34,714 nt of DNA. It comes from Candidatus Hodarchaeota archaeon (lineage in GTDB: Archaea; Asgardarchaeota; Heimdallarchaeia; Hodarchaeales; Hodarchaeaceae). The notes below the pieces were generated by a model. It was not told the origin of the DNA and made no database searches. It saw nothing but the letters and a program-made list of their open reading frames with translations. Below, piece by piece: positions 29,701 to 34,714 of this stretch. Location of the stretch: NCBI GenBank assembly GCA_016839815.1, contig JAEOTM010000120.1, positions 1-34,714 on the forward strand, read 5' to 3'. Made by a program: the position numbers and the translations under genes. Numbering within the stretch: position 1 is the first letter of the stretch; each line of letters opens with the position of its first letter.

Positions 29701-31239
29701 ATTAATATTCGTTGTAAGAGGTATTATGATATCATCTTCTAATGAACCCACATTGGTTTCATCAATTCTTTCTATTGTTGCATTAATTGTTGTCCTATCA
29801 TTTATTTCCCATACTGTAAGATTAGCACTAGTTATTGTTACTCCTTGAGGAATGTTTAATTGAAAACGCATTTGAGCAAGATCAGAACCATACGAACCGA
29901 AATCACGTACACTCACCTCATCCAACTTGGTATTGTGCGTATAAGCTCCTGCTTCTTCCTGACTTGCAAAATTCATAAAGGTAGAAACACTATATTGATT
30001 ATTCCATTCTGTATTAATCCAACTAGCAGAACGATTAGTGGAAAGAACTCTTGTCTCATCTAGAATACCGTTCAAATCATTATTAGCTCCCATTTTATAT
30101 CCTCCTAGTCTAAACTTTTCTCCAGTATTTTTTGAGGCAATATAAGACCCAGACATCATCCGAAGGGAAGAATTATCTTGACCGTTGAGAAACATGCTTA
30201 ATCCCTCCTCAGTAGAATTTCCACTATAAGTTCCACAAATATAGTACCACTCCCCAGTTACTAGAGTATCAGAGCTATAAAGACAAATGTATGGCGAAGT
30301 AGAGTCATTTCCATAAATTATCAAATATAATCTGTTATTAGAAGCAAGAGAAAGAGTAAATTCTCTATTGGAAAAAGTTTTCGAGAAAATAATTTGATTT
30401 CTATTAATTTCATCAAATTTAACCCACGTACTCAACGTAAATGGAAAATCCTGAGCACCATTCCCAACAGATAAGTCGTCAGAATCAGGATACTCAACAA
30501 ACTGATCATCCCCATCAAATGCTTTCCCTCCTGCAATCTGACCATCTATATTATGAGTGTTATAATTAGTGCCGTTGTGCGAGTTGCTGGTGGAATCATC
30601 ATAGCTGTAGGCGTCCAAATGCCAGACAGCCTCATAATCACCACTCCAAACGTTATTAACATCCTCCTGATTACTAATTGAGTTATTTCCATAATACATT
30701 GATATTGTGGTATCAGAAGATGTTGAAAGACTGGGTATCCGTACCCAAGCTGTTAATTCTCCATTAGTCTTATTATAAAATTCTATTTCGTGATCAAGCT
30801 GTGTAGAACCTAGATAGAAAGCAATATCCTCACCATTAGCTCGAGTACATTCGGCTAAATCAGAATCTATTACATCAATAAGAACAGTAAAATTAATATG
30901 CGACCCTGTACCGGTAATTTTACTATTAAGAAACGTAATATTCTTTCTATATGACCAAGTGTTAAGAAATAACCCTCCTTCTAAAAAATTCCAAAAATCA
31001 TCATCAGAATCGGCCTTTATTACTGATGATACTGTATTAGTTCCATTAAAATTCCAGAAATCGTCATCACTATCCATTGTGACTGGTACAACAATGTTTT
31101 TTGTGTTATTCCGATTTGTTACAATTGTTTTTGCTTCGAACTTGAAAAGTTCATTTATTTTAAGAAAAAAAGCTGGAGCTAGAAATAGAATCAGAAGTAG
31201 AGAGATTTTTCTTTTTGTTTTGAGTTTCATTTTTTCCAT
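26737..31239 (-). CDS. Giant (1500 aa) cell-surface protein: DUF2341 + LamG, two tandem beta-sandwich repeats, a second split DUF2341 hosting a BNR_4-like propeller, C-terminal jelly-roll, TM and basic tail
   Basis: Signal peptide; WSYRKNIT...GEDIAF..LDHEIE..AWVRIP..MYYGN (DUF2341); FDGDD..FTLSTWV..WYYICGTY..LNGILDETRV (LamG); DTHGSPALFVDNDGYIHIF (BNR_4-like); many NxS/T sequons. Confidence 0.85.
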   Translation of the reverse strand: MEKMKLKTKRKISLLLILFLAPAFFLKINELFKFEAKTIVTNRNNTKNIVVPVTMDSDDDFWNFNGTNTVSSVIKADSDDDFWNFLEGGLFLNTWSYRKNITFLNSKITGTGSHINFTVLIDVIDSDLAECTRANGEDIAFYLGSTQLDHEIEFYNKTNGELTAWVRIPSLSTSSDTTISMYYGNNSISNQEDVNNVWSGDYEAVWHLDAYSYDDSTSNSHNGTNYNTHNIDGQIAGGKAFDGDDQFVEYPDSDDLSVGNGAQDFPFTLSTWVKFDEINRNQIIFSKTFSNREFTLSLASNNRLYLIIYGNDSTSPYICLYSSDTLVTGEWYYICGTYSGNSTEEGLSMFLNGQDNSSLRMMSGSYIASKNTGEKFRLGGYKMGANNDLNGILDETRVLSTNRSASWINTEWNNQYSVSTFMNFASQEEAGAYTHNTKLDEVSVRDFGSYGSDLAQMRFQLNIPQGVTITSANLTVWEINDRTTINATIERIDETNVGSLEDDIIIPLTTNINSVEHDFDNSGSEWKVINITDMLQDQLNLGDWVHGNYFGVRFSMNSEDDVTNSFEDYSHINTHHSYINVSYVEEVSKNLIIPIASGVDDDYWQNKSGWTHHTEEIRVRVTYDPTRGREYSNFRWSVPIPQYSTIQYATVNVWEIQESGEYDATVRRINETNVGALESDTEIPDVTDTNLAYHPFNKSASAWGTTVITNMLQDQVKLPEWQSGYYFGVQYSLDRYLPNDNQLESYENSDDHHAFLNITYIENVNWLAGWDYRKAIFLPQDTSTGPKYTIPIDVYYGDYYQASTDHGIRVFTDRKSQPDFDDIRFTDDQGKTLLNYWLETTFEEDNTFHFTNSSVAYGHYLFNYPAAYYYNNRTYCGFVGELDQSRDPAYLNIHITYYDHENDTWGDVVYVSENVLGYTDTHGSPALFVDNDGYIHIFAGSHNDYFQHYVSEYPEDISSWVHILNGNYTGVWSTSDDGSPDMTYPHVFYDTINDVVHMTHREIITGTGVVMVYMNSTDHGYTWSDAQIIVNLNIGDGQPPNGTTIYYEQGELDPNNQELLHIVWSRYNGSRSGNYESIFYAYLNITSGRLYNASDYDLGTQISYDEDDYCLVFNSQFTAVQAEKVHVDANSNPYIVWGMVVPPPDNAKVMFRYWNDTLSAWSDIDNVSTYYRNSPPTDFIVHSSTNITAYFGAEDRDLVRYSWNGTMWTLEETIYTWDGVSPGWHQAFIPRGGYDDEFTLYITEWHISGSNFNFIKLFAWGSEGFLNGTVGKHARFWVELDGDLSRSNQIIYLYYGNPSVSSLSASLDVDDTVQVFWGSEENSFTSDENHLLGHHQVLGIDQDGSDYTITIYAAVAEGKNISIEFWDSNDNSWINSNINIDNDTLQWYNISLSSFTGIVGTSIRWRYVSDNIFSDSQKQILFIDYVAVEYNSKGDTTTTISSHEDDTISLLVGVLLEFNNDPVVPVLIVVTVINGSAIMIKKKKQKAKNAITIERFFAQT
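30985..31074 (-). repeat. Intragenic tandem duplication encoding DSDDDFWNF twice (63-bp period)
   Basis: aaaattccaaaaatcatcatcagaatc (30985-31011) versus aaaattccagaaatcgtcatcactatc (31048-31074); synonymous differences only. Confidence 0.85.
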
Positions 31240-31644
31240 CTATCAATCTAGTCAATTCTTGATATCAATCATGATTCCAAATAGACTCTATTATGAATTT
31301 CAAAAATCTTCATCTAAAAGGGTTTCTGAACATTTTATCAGCAGATTATATAAATACCCGAGAATTGATCAAGTTTTAGTTTGTCATTCGTCGTATTATT
31401 TAAACAATCTCTCCGACATAACGTATGATATTAAGAAAAAAAGTAAGAGGACAAATTAAATTGTCTTATTCTAGTATAGACTGAATAGAAAGGATTCTGA
31501 TGAGTTTTGTCGAAAAAAAAAATCACCAGTCTTCGTACCGACAAAAATTCTAGACTTGATAATACGTTCGTAAAGATGAGTAAATATATATTTTAAGCAC
31601 AAAAAAACCATTTTACGTATGTTTTTACGTAAATATATTGACTT

Positions 31645-31742
31645 ATCCAACATTTAACGACATTTCTAGGATTATACAAATCTCTTTAATTGCAAAGACT
31701 TGAAAATGACTTTATTTCATATACCAATCCAACATTTGACGA
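31645..31742. repeat. Intergenic 16-bp direct repeat
   Basis: ATCCAACATTTAACGA (31645-31660) and ATCCAACATTTGACGA (31727-31742), one mismatch. Confidence 0.7.
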
Positions 31743-31791
31743 AAGCCAACTTTTCCAAATTAATTTGATGATTTATTAATGAACCCTAAAT

Positions 31792-32472
31792 TTACAACAA
31801 CTTATTGTGAGCTCTTCGTAGAACTACACCAAATGCGATGAGGGGTAAAAATAGAAGAATCGTCCATCCAGTTGTCAAATTTGATGTACTTGTCACGTTA
31901 TTGGGCTCCGATGTTTCAGACGAAGTTTTAGTTAATGATGATCCCGTTGTCCCAGAAAATTCAGAAATGCTTGTTGTATTTGTGGGAGGTTTATAGTCTT
32001 CTGTCGTGGTAGACTCCGGTATAGTGGATGTTTCGGTGGTTATTGAAGTGATAGCTTCTATCCAAGCAGTATATCCTCCCAACATATTATAAACACAAGT
32101 ATAGTTTAATGAAATCAATGTATTTGAAGCCGTCACAGATCGGCCCCCTAATCTACAATAAACAAGGATGGGACGTGATTTATTCTGTGGAAGTTCATCT
32201 TGTCTCAATTCAAGGAGATTATAAGGAATTAAAACTGAATCGTTAATATGTCCAGCATTATATTCCTCTTCTGTCCTAACATCCAAAATAAATAACGTTG
32301 TTGTACTTTCAATTAGTTGAATCGCTTCGGTAACACTGATATTTGTGTAATTCTCTAGAGACCTAGCTTGGATAGATATTGCTTCCCTGTTGTGAACAAA
32401 ATTAGGATTCAAAAGAAATAGGAATAAAACCGAAAATAATAATTTGTTTTTCTTAATTTTAACAAAGGATAT
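31792..32472 (-). CDS. Secreted, membrane-anchored rhodanese-domain protein
   Basis: ILDVRTEEEY..GHI, active loop YCRLGGRS, YNMLGGYTAW; Thr/Ser-rich linker; TGW-TM-RR tail. The frame is open upstream of the track start (32412) and encodes a signal peptide; start codon uncertain. Confidence 0.85.
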   Translation of the reverse strand: MSFVKIKKNKLLFSVLFLFLLNPNFVHNREAISIQARSLENYTNISVTEAIQLIESTTTLFILDVRTEEEYNAGHINDSVLIPYNLLELRQDELPQNKSRPILVYCRLGGRSVTASNTLISLNYTCVYNMLGGYTAWIEAITSITTETSTIPESTTTEDYKPPTNTTSISEFSGTTGSSLTKTSSETSEPNNVTSTSNLTTGWTILLFLPLIAFGVVLRRAHNKLL

Positions 32473-32688
32473 CAGTAGTCACCTAATGAAACGGTGATTG
32501 GGCCAGATTTATATGAAACTAATGGAGAATTTAAATGTACTATTCCTGCTTAAAAATTCTCTACTGGAAGCTAAAAACAGATACCAGAGCTTATTTTCAA
32601 TCTAGATTAAAGCTGATTGCATCATGGGGACATAATTCGACACAACGATTACAAAAATAGCATTCACTTTTTCTACTATCAGTAGGGC

Positions 32689-33039
32689 ATGTCCTGGAGT
32701 GAGCTCCAGATTTCGAACCCTGAGGGTGCTGAATTTGTTCGCTTCTATATGGGGGAATTAGGCCTGCTCAAGGTGAGCTGGTCCTTCCTGGTCTTAGCCA
32801 TTACTCTAACTGGCTTCCGGAACGGAGAAAAGTGGGCTTGGTACACGCTGTGGTTTGTGCCTATTGTCTTGATGAGCAGTGCACTCTTTCACTTTAGCTA
32901 TTCTGGTCGTATCAGCGTATCGCTGCGGTGGATCCCGATTACGACTGTGTCAATAGTGGGACTCCTACTTCCCTACAGGACGTTCTTCCCAGAGAGTCAC
33001 TTTCGGAGATTGCTTGCGCGTATAAAGGGTCAAACATAA
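32689..33039 (+). CDS. Small membrane protein, possibly N-terminally truncated, on a GC-richer segment
   Basis: 2-3 TM helices with FRNGEKWAWYTLW; GC visibly higher than in the flanks. Confidence 0.55.
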   Translation: MSWSELQISNPEGAEFVRFYMGELGLLKVSWSFLVLAITLTGFRNGEKWAWYTLWFVPIVLMSSALFHFSYSGRISVSLRWIPITTVSIVGLLLPYRTFFPESHFRRLLARIKGQT

Positions 33040-33065
33040 GATTATCATACTCCCCGTATTTAATT

Positions 33066-33284
33066 CTAAATGAAAAATTGAGACAAAACTAAATCAAAAT
33101 TTTTTGGAAACACTAATCGTTGGTTATTGGAAGAAATGTTCGAATAATTATGTAAACAAAAAATGAGTTTTTTTATTGTTCCACCTATAAAATCAGCATC
33201 TATTGAATATCGTTCAGTAATAACTTCCTTTAATTTCTCTAAACTCATAAATCTTACTACATTTTCGAAAAATGCCAAAAACAC
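33066..33284 (-). CDS. Small hypothetical protein downstream of the pseudo-GTPase
   Basis: Co-oriented, 18 bp after the GTPase stop; helical pattern (MSLEKLKEVITERYSIDADFIGGTIKKLI). The start could be the internal Met. Confidence 0.4.
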   Translation of the reverse strand: MFLAFFENVVRFMSLEKLKEVITERYSIDADFIGGTIKKLIFCLHNYSNISSNNQRLVFPKNFDLVLSQFFI

Positions 33285-33302
33285 AGAGGTAAAAGACTAA
33301 CG

Positions 33303-34376
33303 CTATAATGAAACATTGGAGTCAATATCAGATAAGCGTGTTAATATATCAAGGGCAAGAGAAAGAATTAATTCCGAAAAGCTTTGTACTTTAGTCTCTC
33401 TCATTTCATAATAACTTACTCCTAACTCTTTAGCTAGTGTAAATCCTTCTTCACTAGTTATCACTTCGGAATCTCCGTTAAATCCAAGAAGAACCATTGG
33501 GACGTCGATAAAAGTACCCTTTTTTTCTCTTAATTCGTATTTGAGATTCGTATTCTTTTTAAACTCAGTATAATAGTTTTTAACCTGTCCAAATGATTTC
33601 CGATTACTTTTGTCAAAAGTAATGATTGCCCCACAAGCCCCGCGATAATAATTACCCCTTACTTTTCCAAAAAATTCCTGTTCTGCTGTATCCACTAAGA
33701 TCAACTTAATAAGATTATTTCTAATTTGAATGGTTTTGGTACAAACATCCACACCCAGAATTGGTAACCGATTAACATTATCTACTCCATCTGCATAATT
33801 CCGAATTATTTTAGTCCTAATTTCAGTTGAAGAACCAATAAAAACGATTTTCATCAAGTATTGGTTAAGTTCATCATATTCTTCAAAGTTAGAGATCAAT
33901 CGTTTGTATTTTCGGATCTTCTTACGTAATTCATGTAATTGACTCCTTCCTTTGCTATCAAGTTTGATGCCTAATACTCGCCGAATCACTGCTTCAGCTT
34001 GACCCATACTGATGGCTTTATCGTACTTTATGTGAAGATCTCCTGCTAGCGCTAAAATAAGCGAATTAATTCCAGTTTTTTCTTGTAGTTGCTCTTGTGA
34101 TTCTGTATTTAGCCGTTGAATAAATGTCCTAAACATATGTGTCATTTTTTTTTCTAGATTTTCACTCTGAAAATATTCAGTTGGGGAAGGAGCAGCTGGG
34201 TCAAGCTGGGTTGCCAGAGCGGTTTGAAAAATACTTGGAAAAAAATTTTCACCTTCGATAAAACGCTTAGAGAAAAAATTGTGTTTTTTAAGAAAGGAAA
34301 TTAGGTTGTCAATTTGCTCATCTGTGAATCTAGTTTTCTCTAGAGATGAATCCTCCAATACTTTTTTGTCAGTCAT
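33303..34376 (-). CDS. N-terminal helical domain fused to a degenerate Rab-like GTPase domain
   Basis: KIVFIG, PILGVD, KLILVDTAEQEFF, YYRGACGAIITFD and GFTLAKELGVSYYE give a Rab fold, but G1, G3, G4 and G5 are degenerate. Start placed at ATG 34376. Confidence 0.82.
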   Translation of the reverse strand: MTDKKVLEDSSLEKTRFTDEQIDNLISFLKKHNFFSKRFIEGENFFPSIFQTALATQLDPAAPSPTEYFQSENLEKKMTHMFRTFIQRLNTESQEQLQEKTGINSLILALAGDLHIKYDKAISMGQAEAVIRRVLGIKLDSKGRSQLHELRKKIRKYKRLISNFEEYDELNQYLMKIVFIGSSTEIRTKIIRNYADGVDNVNRLPILGVDVCTKTIQIRNNLIKLILVDTAEQEFFGKVRGNYYRGACGAIITFDKSNRKSFGQVKNYYTEFKKNTNLKYELREKKGTFIDVPMVLLGFNGDSEVITSEEGFTLAKELGVSYYEMRETKVQSFSELILSLALDILTRLSDIDSNVSL

Positions 34377-34380
34377 TTTT

Positions 34381-34551
34381 CTATTCCGCACTTCTTATTT
34401 TGTCATTTATGTCATTTATTCGTATTTCCAGTAAGTCTAAATGGTAAATAGCTGATTGCATAAACAGTTGGATAGTATTTGATAAGGAGGAGATTGTATC
34501 AGCTAATATTTCCACATTAGAATAATTAGAATCCATTTTAATTACCTTCAT
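34381..34551 (-). CDS. Candidate 56-aa coiled-coil microprotein
   Basis: Manual translation MKVIKMDSNYSNVEILADTISSLSNTIQLFMQSAIYHLDLLEIRINDINDKIRSAE*; purine-rich AAGGAAGG upstream; its stop lies 4 bp before the GTPase ATG. Confidence 0.55.
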   Translation of the reverse strand: MKVIKMDSNYSNVEILADTISSLSNTIQLFMQSAIYHLDLLEIRINDINDKIRSAE

Positions 34552-34578
34552 TTTGGTTTCCTTCCTTCATATTTAATG

Positions 34579-34687
34579 ATGGACGTCCATAATTAACATT
34601 TACGTCCATGAATTACTTGGACTTCAATATTTATAAACGTTTCTATTTTGTCCATGTCTGATTTCATCGTCCATAGTTAAAGTGGAC
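34579..34687. promoter_or_regulatory. Periodic GTCCA/TGGAC motif array around a TATA-like box
   Basis: GTCCAT at 34585, 34604, 34650 and 34669; TGGAC at 34580, 34618 and 34683; TTTATAAA at 34630-34637. Confidence 0.65.
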
Positions 34688-34714
34688 AATTGGTACAGGA
34701 ATATTAACGAAAAA

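Noticed and set aside
1630-30063. Numerous 60-126 aa ORFs nested in or antisense to larger genes (e.g. 1630, 6091, 13030, 15500, 25900, 28057, 29158)
   Set aside because: They overlap well-supported genes and show no motifs of their own.
26737-31239. Inteins as the explanation for the nested insertions
   Set aside because: No Cys/Ser start block, His-Asn end or homing endonuclease motifs; the inserts are recognisable extracellular domains.
30959-31459. 166-aa plus-strand ORF with repeated KFQKSSS
   Set aside because: Mostly antisense to the giant gene; the repeat mirrors the DDDFWNF duplication.
31513-31522. A10 tract as a phase-variation switch
   Set aside because: It is intergenic, about 280 bp from the nearest start, in AT-rich DNA, with no evidence of length variation from a single sequence.
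34579-34687. Degenerate CRISPR array
   Set aside because: The conserved units are only 5-6 bp and occur in both orientations; no 25-40 bp repeats and no cas genes.
1-34714. rRNA, tRNA, transposase or integrase genes
   Set aside because: No GC-rich cloverleaf or rRNA-like segments and no DDE or tyrosine-recombinase motifs were recognised by eye; tRNAscan-SE and ISEScan would confirm.

Overview
AT-rich archaeal chromosomal window, most likely from an Asgard archaeon. This is inferred from the archaeal-type D-aminoacyl-tRNA deacylase, two Rab-like small GTPases without prenylation motifs, C-terminal TM+basic sorting tails and a giant DUF2341/LamG surface protein. The left ~23.7 kb is metabolic: dtdA (partial), M28 peptidase, nucleoside phosphorylase, nitrilase, a YhhN-like protein, a succinate dehydrogenase operon in the order sdhD-C-A-B, a Rab-like GTPase, a methyltransferase, an Asp-box surface protein, a Liv-type ABC transporter, MFS, RidA, a long KamA-family radical SAM enzyme and a divergent aminotransferase. 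The right ~11 kb is an accessory region with several gene remnants, an ArsR/SRPBCC pair, a Nudix hydrolase, a 1500-aa surface protein, a secreted rhodanese and a pseudo-GTPase operon. Four observations stand out. (i) The ABC binding protein carries motifs that look like eukaryotic class C GPCR/ANF-receptor Venus flytrap domains. (ii) The giant protein has two whole domains nested inside other domains. (iii) A Rab-like pseudo-GTPase fusion is flanked by microproteins and preceded by a 65-bp-periodic GTCCA motif array. (iv) There is a structured leader upstream of the kamA-like gene. No rRNA, tRNA, CRISPR array or transposase was seen. All family calls come from motif recognition by eye, not database searches.
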